Source: Bacillota bacterium (GTDB taxonomy: Bacteria; Bacillota; SHA-98; Ch115; JABLXJ01). From it: a DNA stretch of 64,000 nucleotides. The notes below the pieces were generated by a model. It did no database searches and had not been told where the DNA came from. It saw nothing but the letters and a program-made list of their open reading frames with translations. The position numbers and the translations under genes were made by a program. The stretch spans positions 7,751 to 71,750 of the forward strand of contig JABLXJ010000013.1 in assembly GCA_013178125.1 (NCBI GenBank), read 5' to 3'. This document shows positions 8,956-19,578 of the stretch, piece after piece. How positions within the stretch are numbered: position 1 is the first letter of the stretch; every line of letters begins with the position of its first letter.

Positions 8956-10314
8956 ATGATACAACCAGAGGAAGCATTGAACCATGTAAATCCTTACTCC
9001 AAGCCGTCAGATCTCCGCATCACTGACATGCGTTTCACCGACATCTTGGGAGCACCGTTCCATTCCAGCCTGATCAAGATTTATACGAATCAGGGCTTGG
9101 TTGGTCTGGGAGAGGTACGTGATATTGCAGACAAGCAATATGCATTGATGTTGAAGAGCCGAATCCTGGGCGAAAATCCTTGCAACGTTGACAAGATTTT
9201 CCGGCGCATCAAGCAGTTTGGAGGGTTTGCGCGACAGGGAGGCGGCGTCAGTGGGATTGAGGTCGCACTGTGGGACCTGGCCGGAAAAGCATATGGTGTT
9301 CCCGTTTACCAGATGTTAGGAGGTAAGTTCCGTGATCAGGTTCGTTTGTATTGCGACACCGACGTGGGTGGGAAAATTAACGGCAAGATAATGGGTGAGG
9401 CACTCAAAAAACGCATGGAAAGAGGATTCACTTTTCTCAAGATGGACTTGGGAATCTCATTACTCTATGGCGAGGAAGGTACCATTAGTGCACCATTGGG
9501 CTTTATCGAGAAGCTGAAGGATGCTGACATTGGATTGCCACGAGTGCCGAAAACCATGGAGGAACGGGTCGAGCGTAATCGTGCCTACGATGTTCTGAAC
9601 ATACCTCACCCTCTGACGGGCGTCCAGCTAACTGAGAAAGGGCTTGATGTCTTGGAGCAATACATGGCTGACGTTCGTTCAATTATCGGAGACCAAGTCC
9701 CGTTGGCGATTGACCACTTGGGCCACATCAATGTCGAGAGCGTGATCCGTTTGGCTCGCAGGTTGGAAAAATACCACCCGGCGTGGTTGGAGGACCCGAT
9801 TCCCTGGCAGTACACTGATCAGTATGTTCGTTTAAGCAATTCGACGGCCGTACCGATCTGTACAGGTGAGGATATCTATCTAAAGGAGAACTTTAGGCCT
9901 CTATTGGAAAAGAGAGGCGTATCAGTGATCCATCCTGATATTCTCACAACCGGAGGTATTCTCGAAACGAAAAAGATCGGTGACATGGCATACGAATACG
10001 GCGTGGCAATGGCAATTCATATGGCAGAAGGCCCTGTCGCCTGCATGGCAGCTGCACACGTTGCCGTGGCTACAGAAAACTTCCTGGCCCTCGAATTCCA
10101 TGCGGCGGATGTACCTTGGTGGAATGATATAGTGGTTGGTTTGCCAAACATCGTGCAAAACGGCTTCATTACAGTTCCTGACAAACCTGGTCTCGGTATT
10201 GATGATTTCGATGACGAGGTTCTCAAGGAGCATATTCATCCTGATGTTCCGGGACTGTGGGAACCTACTGATGAATGGAATGGAAACCTGTCACATGATC
10301 GTATCTGGAGCTAG
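8956..10314 (+). CDS. Enolase-superfamily (mandelate racemase/muconate lactonizing enzyme family) sugar-acid dehydratase, substrate unknown
   Basis: Motifs GLGEVRD, IEVALWDLAGK, PVYQMLGG, IDHLGH, WLEDP, CTGEDIY. ATG at 8956 follows a GGGGGA RBS. Confidence 0.8.
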   Translation: MIQPEEALNHVNPYSKPSDLRITDMRFTDILGAPFHSSLIKIYTNQGLVGLGEVRDIADKQYALMLKSRILGENPCNVDKIFRRIKQFGGFARQGGGVSGIEVALWDLAGKAYGVPVYQMLGGKFRDQVRLYCDTDVGGKINGKIMGEALKKRMERGFTFLKMDLGISLLYGEEGTISAPLGFIEKLKDADIGLPRVPKTMEERVERNRAYDVLNIPHPLTGVQLTEKGLDVLEQYMADVRSIIGDQVPLAIDHLGHINVESVIRLARRLEKYHPAWLEDPIPWQYTDQYVRLSNSTAVPICTGEDIYLKENFRPLLEKRGVSVIHPDILTTGGILETKKIGDMAYEYGVAMAIHMAEGPVACMAAAHVAVATENFLALEFHAADVPWWNDIVVGLPNIVQNGFITVPDKPGLGIDDFDDEVLKEHIHPDVPGLWEPTDEWNGNLSHDRIWS

Positions 10315-10378
10315 AAATGACTAGGTCGACAATAGCCGTATGTGGTGTAGTTATTCAAAGAGGATGAGGTGGTGTTTC

Positions 10379-11275
10379 ATGCGATTTAACAACAAGGAAG
10401 ATATAATTCAGCTGACTCCGCTCTGGAAGGGCGAGCGCTTTGATGACGGCAGGCCAAAGGTCCCCGACGACATTCTGCGCCGGATGGAGAGGATCACGAC
10501 CGAAGAAGCTTGGGCGGTTCTCTGGAAGCATAATTATAAATATCAGTTCCAGGGGGGGTGGAAAATCGTTCATCCCGACAAGGTGCTTGTCGGGCGAGCG
10601 GTAACTGCCGTCATGATGCCGATGCGTCCGGATCTGCATGACTACCTTCTCGAATATGGTCAAAAGGAAGAAGGCCGAACCGGTTTCTTTAACGCTTGGG
10701 TTATCGAAACCTTGGTTGAAAATGACGTGATGGTCGTTGATATGTTTGACAAGATTTTCGAAGGTACATTTTCTGGTGGGAACCTTTCAACCACTGTATC
10801 TTCACGGACAAAGCGTGGACAGGTAATCTGGGGAGGTATTCGCGATCTTCAGCAGGTTGTCAAGATCCCAAATCTGCAGACGTATTACAGAGGAGTCGAT
10901 CCGACGCCGATTCGCGACGTGACCTTGGTCGGATTAAATGTCCCATGTAGGATTGGCAATGCCATCTGTATGCCGGGCGATGTGGTCTTTGGTACCGCAT
11001 CCGGTGTCCTGTTCATCCCGCCGCACCTCGCTGAGGAATGTGTCGTAAGCGCAGAAAAGACACGACTGCGAGATATGTTTGGATTTGAAAGAATCCGGGA
11101 GGGCAAATACACGTCTGCACAGATAGACGTGGATCCTTGGCCGGAGGATGTGGAAGAGGACTTTGCCAAGTGGCGTGAGACTAATACGCCGGACGACCTC
11201 AAGCACCTTACGTGGGATGACGAGGATAATAAGGGTGACAAGGACCGTGAGAGTCACGGACCGACAAGGCTCTAG
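10379..11275 (+). CDS. RraA/dimethylmenaquinone-methyltransferase-like family protein (putative 2-keto-3-deoxy-acid aldolase/decarboxylase)
   Basis: Family resemblance (GRAVTAV..., VVDMFDKIFEGTFSGGNLS, GDVVFGTASGVLFIPP) plus context directly after a dehydratase. Acidic C-terminal extension. Function is inferred. Confidence 0.6.
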   Translation: MRFNNKEDIIQLTPLWKGERFDDGRPKVPDDILRRMERITTEEAWAVLWKHNYKYQFQGGWKIVHPDKVLVGRAVTAVMMPMRPDLHDYLLEYGQKEEGRTGFFNAWVIETLVENDVMVVDMFDKIFEGTFSGGNLSTTVSSRTKRGQVIWGGIRDLQQVVKIPNLQTYYRGVDPTPIRDVTLVGLNVPCRIGNAICMPGDVVFGTASGVLFIPPHLAEECVVSAEKTRLRDMFGFERIREGKYTSAQIDVDPWPEDVEEDFAKWRETNTPDDLKHLTWDDEDNKGDKDRESHGPTRL

Positions 11276-11584
11276 CGTTCAAATACATCAAGTTTACTTT
11301 GCTTGTTGTAAATTCCGTAGTATTTTAGCAAACGATCTTCAAAGCCTTCGGAGCGGTCGAACTCGTTATATAACTTTAATCGGCCGTAGATGGTGCCTGC
11401 GTGGGAAGATATATCGAATTAGGCCCCTGTCAGGAATCACACGGGCCTCAGGGGCCTTGATACAGGACCGGGGGAGGGGATGGAGGGGATGATGGGATGG
11501 GAGTGTTGGCCACAATATAGCAAAGATAAAAATATAATATAGCAACATGTAATATAGCAACATGGCAACGGGATAAACAGAGGG

Positions 11585-12571
11585 TTATCGTTTGAGCATC
11601 GCGCCGTCACCATCAATATAATTCATTACCATTTCCCGTGTTACCCAGCATATATCACCCTGCAGCGTATTTTTCAGCGCCATGCACGCATTCCCCATCT
11701 TTATAGCGAGCTCGGGACCTGATTCAAATAAACCCGCAATGAACCCGCCGGCGAAGGCATCCCCTGCACCAAGCCGGTCTACCGATGCAACCGGGGCGCG
11801 CTGTTCGGCCCCATAAACCTCGCCCTTATGTGCCGTGATGATTCTCCACGACGGGCCGTTGTTTTCGTTTGGATTGAAAATAATAGTGGCTGTGTTCACG
11901 CCATACCGGGCTGCGATTTCCAAAACAGAATCCTCGCATAGCGGGCCGTCAACCTGCAAGATATGTCGGGCATCGTCTCCCGACGCAAAGAGGATATCCA
12001 CATATCGGAGAAGGGGTCTAATGGCCCGCGCGGCAGCTTCATACGACCATAAGCGTGACCGGTAATTAAGGTCGAACGCAACCAGCAGGCCTAATTCTTT
12101 TGCCTTTTGCATTCCCTCTAAAGTTATTGATTCAATGGTAGGATTGAGAGCAAGGTTTATCCCGCTGGTCAGGAAGACCTTGCTGCCCTTCAGGATGTTT
12201 TCCCACTGGTAGTCATGGCGCGAAGAGCGGCCGAAAGCAGAATCCTGCCGGTCATAGTATGCGACCGCGGGGCGAGGGGGACTCCCATACTCAAAGAAGT
12301 AAAGCCCTACCCTATCGCCATCCGTCCATACCACATTCGAGATATCAACCCCTTGCGCTCGGGCGCAGTTCGCTATAATGGATCCGAGAGGGCTTCTGGT
12401 AAGCCTGGTTATGAAGGATGTTTGCAACCCTAATCGCTGGGCGGTAATTGTGGCATTCAGTTCACTTCCAGCAACGTAGAGATCAAAGCCGCAGGCCTGT
12501 TCAATACACTGACCTTTTGGAGGAGAAAATCGCAGCATCGCTTCACCGAAGCTTATTAGATCAAAGGCCAT
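11585..12571 (-). CDS. PfkB-family sugar kinase (2-keto-3-deoxy-sugar-acid kinase-like)
   Basis: Motifs FGEAMLRFSP and DRLGAGDAFAGGFIAG (PfkB signature). Operonic with a dehydratase on the same strand. Confidence 0.8.
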   Translation of the reverse strand: MAFDLISFGEAMLRFSPPKGQCIEQACGFDLYVAGSELNATITAQRLGLQTSFITRLTRSPLGSIIANCARAQGVDISNVVWTDGDRVGLYFFEYGSPPRPAVAYYDRQDSAFGRSSRHDYQWENILKGSKVFLTSGINLALNPTIESITLEGMQKAKELGLLVAFDLNYRSRLWSYEAAARAIRPLLRYVDILFASGDDARHILQVDGPLCEDSVLEIAARYGVNTATIIFNPNENNGPSWRIITAHKGEVYGAEQRAPVASVDRLGAGDAFAGGFIAGLFESGPELAIKMGNACMALKNTLQGDICWVTREMVMNYIDGDGAMLKR

Positions 12572-12809
12572 TGCAGGACTTCCTTTCTAAGTTCAAGCTC
12601 CACAATTTCACAATTTCAAGTTCAAACCCTACAACCTTACTAAGAGTACGCTCGGAGCCTCTATCGAGGGGCTACATCCCACAATGTATCAGCACAATTT
12701 CTGAGGATGGCCACAACATATGGAGGCGGTAAGGGTTTTTGAGCAATCTCCTGGTGAATTGAAGCCATAGGATTTCTGAGAGGTTTCCCCTCGAAAACCG
12801 CAGCCCTGG

Positions 12810-13928
12810 TTACCAGTCTGCTACGGATCCATCGTCGTTATGATATACTCTAGGCGTATTCCACCAGCCATCATATTCCTTTTCCTTGATGGCTTGCTCG
12901 TCTAATTCGATCCCAAAGCCGGCATCTTCAGGCACCCTGACATACCCGTCCTCCATAACGAACGGTTGCTTAAGGTAGCCCTCGCCGAATGTAACTTGTT
13001 CCTGCATCAAAAAATTGGGAACACACGCATCTAATTGAAGGGAGACGGCCAGTGCAATCGGCCCCAAAGGATTGTGAGGGGCAACCGAAGCATAGTACGT
13101 CTCAGCCATGGCTGCAATCTTCTTGCATTCCATGATGCCCCCAGCGTGACATAAATCTGGCTGTAGGATCGAAGCGGCTCCCTTTTCTAGGACCTTGAGG
13201 AAACCCCACTTTGTATAGAGTCGCTCGCCCGTTGCTATAGGGATTGTAGTTGAACGCGCGATATCCGCCATGGCGTCAACGTTCTCGGGTAAACATGGCT
13301 CTTCGATGAAATAAGGGTAATAAGGCTCAAGGGCTCTAATCAACCTCTTGGACAGTGCTGGCGAAAAGCGGCCATGAAAATCTATGGCTGTATCGATCGA
13401 TTTACCCACAGCATTGCGCACAGCCTTAAATTTCTCTACACATTGCTCAATGAAATCCTGGCTTTCCATGAAGTGGATAGGGGCATCGAAAGTCATCTTG
13501 ATAGCCTTGAAGCCCTCTCCCACACGCGCGCGGGCATTGGTGACGAGCTCTTCGGCCGTCGCTCCTCCGACATGAGCATACATCCGGATTTTCGAGCGGC
13601 ATGCTCCGCCAAGTAGTTGATATACGGGAACACCTAAGGATTTACCGAGAATATCCCACATTGCCTGCTCAATCCCACTGATCGCGCTTGTCAGCACAGG
13701 TCCGCCGCGGTAAAACCCTCCCCGGTACATTGCCTGCCAGTGGTGTTCTATAGTGCGTGGATCCTTGCCGATCAGGTAGTCCTCAAGTTCATGGACTACC
13801 GCTGCGACAGCGTGAGCGTGACCTTCAAGGATGGGTTCGCCATAGCCGATGATATCTTTGTCGGTATACATCTCGAGGAACATCCATCTTGGTTTCACCA
13901 TAGTCAGTTTCAATCTGGTGATCTTCAT
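12810..13928 (-). CDS. Enolase-superfamily D-galactonate-dehydratase-like enzyme
   Basis: MKITRLKLTMVKPRWMFLEMYTDKDIIGYGEP N-terminus, IEQAMWDILGK, PVYQLLGG, IDFHGR, FIEEP, ATGERLY. Confidence 0.8.
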   Translation of the reverse strand: MKITRLKLTMVKPRWMFLEMYTDKDIIGYGEPILEGHAHAVAAVVHELEDYLIGKDPRTIEHHWQAMYRGGFYRGGPVLTSAISGIEQAMWDILGKSLGVPVYQLLGGACRSKIRMYAHVGGATAEELVTNARARVGEGFKAIKMTFDAPIHFMESQDFIEQCVEKFKAVRNAVGKSIDTAIDFHGRFSPALSKRLIRALEPYYPYFIEEPCLPENVDAMADIARSTTIPIATGERLYTKWGFLKVLEKGAASILQPDLCHAGGIMECKKIAAMAETYYASVAPHNPLGPIALAVSLQLDACVPNFLMQEQVTFGEGYLKQPFVMEDGYVRVPEDAGFGIELDEQAIKEKEYDGWWNTPRVYHNDDGSVADW

Positions 13929-13952
13929 CGACTATACACCTCGTATCATTAT

Positions 13953-14786
13953 TTACTGTTTCACGGCACCTGCGGTCAGGCTGTTGATCAAATATTTCTG
14001 AAGGAATAAGAATACAATAGCGAGCGGGATGCTGGCTAGAATCGACACGGTCATCATGTCGTTCCAGGCTATTCGATATTGACCGATTAATTCACCGATC
14101 CCCACGGCAACTGTCTTCATCTCGGTTGTGGTAGTTAAGACAAGCGCAAACATGTACTCATTCCACCCTACCAGGAAAGAATAAATGGCCGTTGCAACCA
14201 GGCCTGGCAGGGTGAGAGGCAAAATAATACTCAGAAATGTCCTCAGCCGGTTGCAGCCATCAATTAGAGCCGCATCATCCAGCTCCTTCGGGATCCCTTC
14301 GAAGTATCCCAGCATCATCCACGAGCAAAAGGGGATAGTAAATGAAATATACACTAGGATGAGGCCGGTGTAGGTGTTGATTAGGCCAAAAGTCCTCATT
14401 AGCTTGAAGTAAGGAATCAATAGCATAATCGAGGGAAACATCTGTGTGGCCAGCAAGAAGGTAAGGAAGGCTCCCTTGCCCGCGAAACGGAATCGTGATA
14501 CCCCATAGCCGGCCAAGCACGAAAATGCTAGCGAGATGATAGTGGAAACAGACACTACGAAGATGCTATTGAAAAAATACCTGGCGAGCGGGTAGTTTTT
14601 CCATATGTTTATATAATTATCCAGGGTAGGACTCAATGGAATCCATCTCGGCGGGATAGAGAAAGTCTCTTCTAACGTCTTGATGGAGGTCGAAAACATC
14701 CAGAGGATGGGTATAATCACGATAAGCGAGCTCAAGGTAAGTCCTACATAAATCAAAGGTTTCCAATCACGTTTAGTTCCCCTCAT
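13953..14786 (-). CDS. ABC sugar transporter permease (MalG-like)
   Basis: EAA loop DDAALIDGCNRLRTFLSIILPL and TM-rich sequence. Start placed at MRGTKRDW (14786), overlapping the stop of the upstream permease; the ORF track start is 14816. Confidence 0.85.
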   Translation of the reverse strand: MRGTKRDWKPLIYVGLTLSSLIVIIPILWMFSTSIKTLEETFSIPPRWIPLSPTLDNYINIWKNYPLARYFFNSIFVVSVSTIISLAFSCLAGYGVSRFRFAGKGAFLTFLLATQMFPSIMLLIPYFKLMRTFGLINTYTGLILVYISFTIPFCSWMMLGYFEGIPKELDDAALIDGCNRLRTFLSIILPLTLPGLVATAIYSFLVGWNEYMFALVLTTTTEMKTVAVGIGELIGQYRIAWNDMMTVSILASIPLAIVFLFLQKYLINSLTAGAVKQ

Positions 14787-15702
14787 CGCCAAGCATCCTC
14801 CTGTACCCGTAACCAAATAAGAAGCAGATGAAGAAGACTATCACGGCCATTGATGCGGCTTCTCCGAATCGGAAATACTCAAAGGCGGTCTTGTAAATAT
14901 CAATGCTTATAACGTTAGTAGCGTCGACAGGCCCACCTTGAGTTAGTACCCAAATTATAGTGAAATGTTTAAACCACCACACAGTATCCAGAATAAGGGA
15001 AACCACGAGCACGTATCGCAGGCCTGGCAATGTTATATATCTGAATGCCTGGATGGGGGAAGCCCCATCGATTTGGGCCGCCTCATAAAGCTCTTGCGGA
15101 ATAGCCTGCAAACCCGCTAGCAGCATGACCATTATTAGTGGATAGCCTTTCCATATCGCAGCGATTATAACGGCCGGCAGAGCTGCTGATGGGCTGCCCA
15201 GCCAGGATATGGGGGCGGCGATGACATGCAGTTGAACGAGAAAATGGTTAATGAGCCCGTACATTGGGTTATACAGCCATTTCCACACCAGCGCAACGAC
15301 CACCTCGGGAAACAACCACGGGGTGAGCAGAATCGCGCGAAATACTGCACGGCCAGGGATCTTCACATTAAGCATAAGCGCCAGGACCATTCCCAAGATA
15401 AAATGTCCCAGCACGGTCCAGAAGGTAAATGATATCGTAATCCGGATCTTCGACCAGAAGACCGAATCCGTTAATATTCTGAGGTAATACTTAAGCCCGA
15501 CGAGATTCCATCTCGCCATGAGGTTTGTGTTGAAAAGGCTTATATACCCGCCGTATATCAGAGGGTAGATAACGAGCATCAGCATCACCAGGAAGGCGGG
15601 AAAGATGAAAAGATATCCCCCTAACTCCCTCCGGTTTGCCGTTCTTAACCTCTCCCCCATCTGGAATATCCCCCTAGCCTCATTAGCATGGCACGAGAGC
15701 AT
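14773..15702 (-). CDS. ABC sugar transporter permease (MalF-like)
   Basis: EAA loop YEAAQIDGASPIQAFRYITLP and TM-rich sequence. An alternative start at MGERLR (15660) is possible. Confidence 0.85.
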   Translation of the reverse strand: MLSCHANEARGIFQMGERLRTANRRELGGYLFIFPAFLVMLMLVIYPLIYGGYISLFNTNLMARWNLVGLKYYLRILTDSVFWSKIRITISFTFWTVLGHFILGMVLALMLNVKIPGRAVFRAILLTPWLFPEVVVALVWKWLYNPMYGLINHFLVQLHVIAAPISWLGSPSAALPAVIIAAIWKGYPLIMVMLLAGLQAIPQELYEAAQIDGASPIQAFRYITLPGLRYVLVVSLILDTVWWFKHFTIIWVLTQGGPVDATNVISIDIYKTAFEYFRFGEAASMAVIVFFICFLFGYGYRRMLGDEGN

Positions 15703-15831
15703 GAACGAGTTTTTGCAGCCATTTACGATTCGTATTCAATATAATCTTGATCCTATCTCTCTGATGGGGAGACACCCCGGTGCCTCCCCGGAGTTGAACA
15801 TTGAGGCCGATAGACTACTGAGAACGGTAGA

Positions 15832-17115
15832 TTATTGAGCGCGACGGATAGCCGCCCGGATCTTTTCTCCGGCTTTCTTTGCAGCCTGCTCAGGGGTAGC
15901 CTGACCGGTTAATACCGCCTGCACGGCCTCGCCTTCAATATCAATTATTTCCGGGTAAAAAGCTACGTTTGGAACAGCCTCCGCGTAGTCCATTGCCTTG
16001 ACAAAGCCAGCATAGACGGGGCCTGAAATCTGGGGCTCCTTACCCGCATCAATACGGCATGGCATACGTCCTGTTACCCGGTTCCATTCTAGCAGGTTTT
16101 CCTTGCTAATAAGATATTTGAGATACTTTACTGCAGCATCTTTATGTTTACTCGTCTTAGAGATAGAGAAACCGTAGACTCCCAGGAAGGAAACGTGTTT
16201 TTCCTTTTTAGGCACAGGTACACTATAGATTTTGCCGGCTAGTTTTGGATTCCGCGCAAGTATGCCGCCTATGGAATGCGGGCCAGTTATCATCATGCCG
16301 GTTTTTTCAAGGGCCATCAACTCAAGGGCTTCAGCGTAGCTTACCTCGGTCGGTCCCGGGGGTACGACATGGTCTTTTAAGTATAAATCAGTGAAGAAAC
16401 GCAGCGCGTTGATTCCCTTTGGACTATCCACATCGGTAACCCAATTCCCGGATGTATCCCGCCGAAGCTCATATGCTCCGAAGGTTTTCAAGATGCAATT
16501 ATAACGCGACATGGCTGAGTCATTACGGGCGCCGAGCATAGCGAAACCCCAGCGGTCAACCTTGCCATCGTTATTGACATCTTTGGTAAGCTTCTTAGCA
16601 ACCGCTACGAAGTCATCCCAGGTTTGAGGAGCCGCTAACCCTTCGGCTTTGAACCAATCACCACGATAAAGCAGGGCGAGTGGTGTGCTAAACCAAGGAA
16701 TAAATTGAAGTTTTCCATTTAAACTTGCTTCGCGGATTGCGTTGGGATAAAACCCTTTAATGAAATCCGGCCCCAATAGTTCGTCTAGATCTTCCACTAT
16801 TCCCAGGTCGGCAGCTTGTGCAACGAATTGTGGCACATTCGTAAAGATATCCGGCATATCTCCCCCAGTCGCCAGGGTAGTTATCTTTGCATAGACATTG
16901 TTCATCGGGACCCCGATGAATTCTATCTTGATATCCGGATTCTTCTGCATGAACTCTTCAGCAATCTGGCGTTCTACGTTTCCCTCGGGCTTCTCCACAA
17001 TGGTCGTTGAAAGCACCCTCAGTGTTATGGACGCTGCATATGACTGGAAATTTAAAGCCGTAAGTATAAGGAAGATAACGAACAGAGATATAGTCATAAC
17101 CTTATGTTTTTTCAT
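15832..17115 (-). CDS. ABC transporter extracellular solute-binding protein (family 1)
   Basis: Signal peptide MKKHKVMTISLFVIFLILTALNFQSYA and an SBP-like body. First gene of the minus-strand transporter operon. Confidence 0.85.
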   Translation of the reverse strand: MKKHKVMTISLFVIFLILTALNFQSYAASITLRVLSTTIVEKPEGNVERQIAEEFMQKNPDIKIEFIGVPMNNVYAKITTLATGGDMPDIFTNVPQFVAQAADLGIVEDLDELLGPDFIKGFYPNAIREASLNGKLQFIPWFSTPLALLYRGDWFKAEGLAAPQTWDDFVAVAKKLTKDVNNDGKVDRWGFAMLGARNDSAMSRYNCILKTFGAYELRRDTSGNWVTDVDSPKGINALRFFTDLYLKDHVVPPGPTEVSYAEALELMALEKTGMMITGPHSIGGILARNPKLAGKIYSVPVPKKEKHVSFLGVYGFSISKTSKHKDAAVKYLKYLISKENLLEWNRVTGRMPCRIDAGKEPQISGPVYAGFVKAMDYAEAVPNVAFYPEIIDIEGEAVQAVLTGQATPEQAAKKAGEKIRAAIRRAQ

Positions 17116-17210
17116 TGCCGTAATTCTCCTTTCTATAACGAAAACGAATAACCTAGCCAGTTCCTGGTGGTTTTGGAATTTAGCTGTCTTCAGAATCTCT
17201 CAGGAGCTGT

Positions 17211-18050
17211 CTACGCCTTGGAAGCTGCGCCTGCGAGAGGTGTTAGAGATGTTAAATTAGGTAAATACCCAAGCTGTTCAGAGATCCGTACGGCAGCTCC
17301 TTTGACCTTTTCTCCCAGGTCAGATGTTATTCGTTCAAGGCTAATACGAAAAGCCGGACCCGATATGCTCAGGGCGCCGATCACGCGCCCTGTGTTATCA
17401 TAAATAGGGGCACCTGCACAGCGAACCTGTTCCTCATTCTCCATGTCATCAATCGAATAACCTCGAGCTCTCGTTTTCGCTATCTCCCTCCTCAGTTGCT
17501 CGACATCGATAATGGTGTTAGGCGTATGGTGCCTCAACCCGCGGCGAATCACCTCCTCCATGAGCTTTTCTGGAGCAAAGGCCAGTATGGCCTTGCCAAG
17601 TCCTGTACAGTATAATTCATTTCTGCCCCCAATCTGGGTATGGGGACGGATGGGCAGGGGACTATTGACTCGCTCCAGATAGGCTACCTCCAAGCCTTCT
17701 AGTATCCCAAGATAGATCGTTTCCTTTGTGACTTGACATAACTCTTCCATGATGGGAAGGGCGATCTTACGTAGGTCCTGCGCTTCCAAGAAGATGTTAC
17801 TTAGCTCGACCACCTTGAAACCTAGCTCATACATACCGTCCACAGAATTCTGGCGTATCAAGCCATAAGACTCGAGGCAGGCAAGGTAACGATAAACCGT
17901 TGAGATGTTGAATTTGGTTGTTTTAGCGAGTTCTCTTAAACTAATCCCTTTGTGCGTTGTCTTTACATGATCGGCTACAGCCTGCAACACGACGAGGGCT
18001 TTGCTTACGGTAGAATCGACCAGCTTCTCTTTTGTCGATTGAGTTGCCAT
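17211..18050 (-). CDS. IclR-family transcriptional regulator
   Basis: wHTH (VSKALVVLQAVA...ISLRELAKTTKFNISTVYRYL) plus an IclR effector domain (paralogous to 2793-3665). Confidence 0.85.
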   Translation of the reverse strand: MATQSTKEKLVDSTVSKALVVLQAVADHVKTTHKGISLRELAKTTKFNISTVYRYLACLESYGLIRQNSVDGMYELGFKVVELSNIFLEAQDLRKIALPIMEELCQVTKETIYLGILEGLEVAYLERVNSPLPIRPHTQIGGRNELYCTGLGKAILAFAPEKLMEEVIRRGLRHHTPNTIIDVEQLRREIAKTRARGYSIDDMENEEQVRCAGAPIYDNTGRVIGALSISGPAFRISLERITSDLGEKVKGAAVRISEQLGYLPNLTSLTPLAGAASKA

Positions 18051-18608
18051 AAGATTGATCCCCTACAAGTCCAGGTTATTTCATATGGTGAAATAACATT
18101 TTATATATTAATCATTCGATGTGCATCCCCATATTCCTGCTTTAAGAAAGCTAAAATTTCCGAATCCAAATATCAACCGATTGAGCAGGGTTCTTGAAGG
18201 CCATCTGCATTTATTTAATTCAAAAGGTAAGCGCACAGTAATGTATGTAACTAGGCTTCACCTTATAGTGATATTTACAACGCCCCCTTTGAAAAATAGA
18301 CGCATCCGTCCGGGAGATTTTCATCCATCTTATGGTGCCGCCTGGGCGACATGGAGGTCCATTGGGAAAAGTGGCGAGGGATCGACCAAGCGTTAGGGGC
18401 TGAAGCGATAAGTAGATTAAGAGCAAGAGTAAATGTATTAGACGAGTCGGTTCGCCCGAATATAAAAAATTGTCTTAACAGTAGGAGGATAATACGCAAA
18501 ATTGCCGAATATATAGTTTGAACAATTGCAAGTTAATTGAGCAAGTGCACGAATCTTAGCGGAGCGGAACGCAAAAGACATATAGGCTGTAGGTGGCGGT
18601 GCGCTGCG

Positions 18609-19577
18609 ATGGCTCGATCTGTAAGAGATGAGCGAAGGCTGAAGGTTGATATAGCACGTCGTTACTATTTGGATGGGGCAACTCAAACGGAAATAGCCGA
18701 GGCGCTTGGCTTATCTCGCATGGCCGTTCAACGCATATTGGCGCAGTGTCGGAAGGAGCAGATCGTGGAGATTACGATCAAAGATCCCATTTGCAATTGC
18801 CTGGCCTTGGAGGATGAGGTAAAAAGCCGTTTCTCATTGGTGGACGCCGTTATTGTCAATTCGCCTGCGGATCCGTCCCTGCTCCAGAAGAATATCGCCC
18901 GTTTCGCGGCTCGATATCTGACAGAGCATCTCACGCCCGGTATGACTATAGGGGCGGCGTGGGGTAGGACGGTGTTTCAGATGATGCAGTTTCTGGAACC
19001 CCGCCCCCAGCCTGATCTGTGCCCAGGCCTGCGCGTCGTATCGTTAATGGGATCACTGAGCACTTCTCTGGTTGTTCATCCCTATTCTATTGTCAACAAG
19101 ATCGGGGAGGTGTTCAACGCCGAGGTGTATTACATCTCCGCCCCTGCGGTCGCCAACCTTCCCGAAACCAGGAATATATTTCTTGCAGAAAAATCCGTTC
19201 AGGCAATCTTGGACCTGGCCAGGCAGGCCGATATCGCTGTGGTGGGAATCGGCGACGTGGGCGAACGTGCAACCCTGCTACAGACTGGTTACCTGACGCT
19301 CACGGAACTCAAGGAACTGGCCGGGCGGGGAGCGGTGGGTGAGATCTTGGTATGGCATTACGATATAAATGGTTCCCTCGTGGAATCTCCCCTATCCCCC
19401 CGTATCGTCGGGTTGAGCCCGATAGAGCTGAGACAGATCAAGAGGGTGATCGGCGTGGCGGGTGGGCCGGAGAAGGTTAAGGCGATCCTCGGGGCCCTCC
19501 GGGGGCGCTACATCAACGTCCTGGTGACGGACGAGGAGACGGCGCGGGAGCTTATGAACCTCGATAGCCATCTATAA
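18609..19577 (+). CDS. SorC/DeoR-type sugar-binding transcriptional regulator
   Basis: HTH (IARRYYLDGATQTEIAEALGLSRMAVQRIL) plus a sugar-binding domain (GAAWGRTV..., VVGIGD..., VIGVAGG..K). Start moved to the ATG at 18609. Confidence 0.8.
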   Translation: MARSVRDERRLKVDIARRYYLDGATQTEIAEALGLSRMAVQRILAQCRKEQIVEITIKDPICNCLALEDEVKSRFSLVDAVIVNSPADPSLLQKNIARFAARYLTEHLTPGMTIGAAWGRTVFQMMQFLEPRPQPDLCPGLRVVSLMGSLSTSLVVHPYSIVNKIGEVFNAEVYYISAPAVANLPETRNIFLAEKSVQAILDLARQADIAVVGIGDVGERATLLQTGYLTLTELKELAGRGAVGEILVWHYDINGSLVESPLSPRIVGLSPIELRQIKRVIGVAGGPEKVKAILGALRGRYINVLVTDEETARELMNLDSHL

Positions 19578-19578
19578 G

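Noticed and set aside
11421-11457. Hairpin AGGCCCCTG...CAGGGGCCT between convergent genes as a bidirectional terminator
   Set aside because: The 9-bp stem has a 19-nt loop and no U-tract on either strand. This is not strong enough to call, although it may still act as a transcript-end structure.
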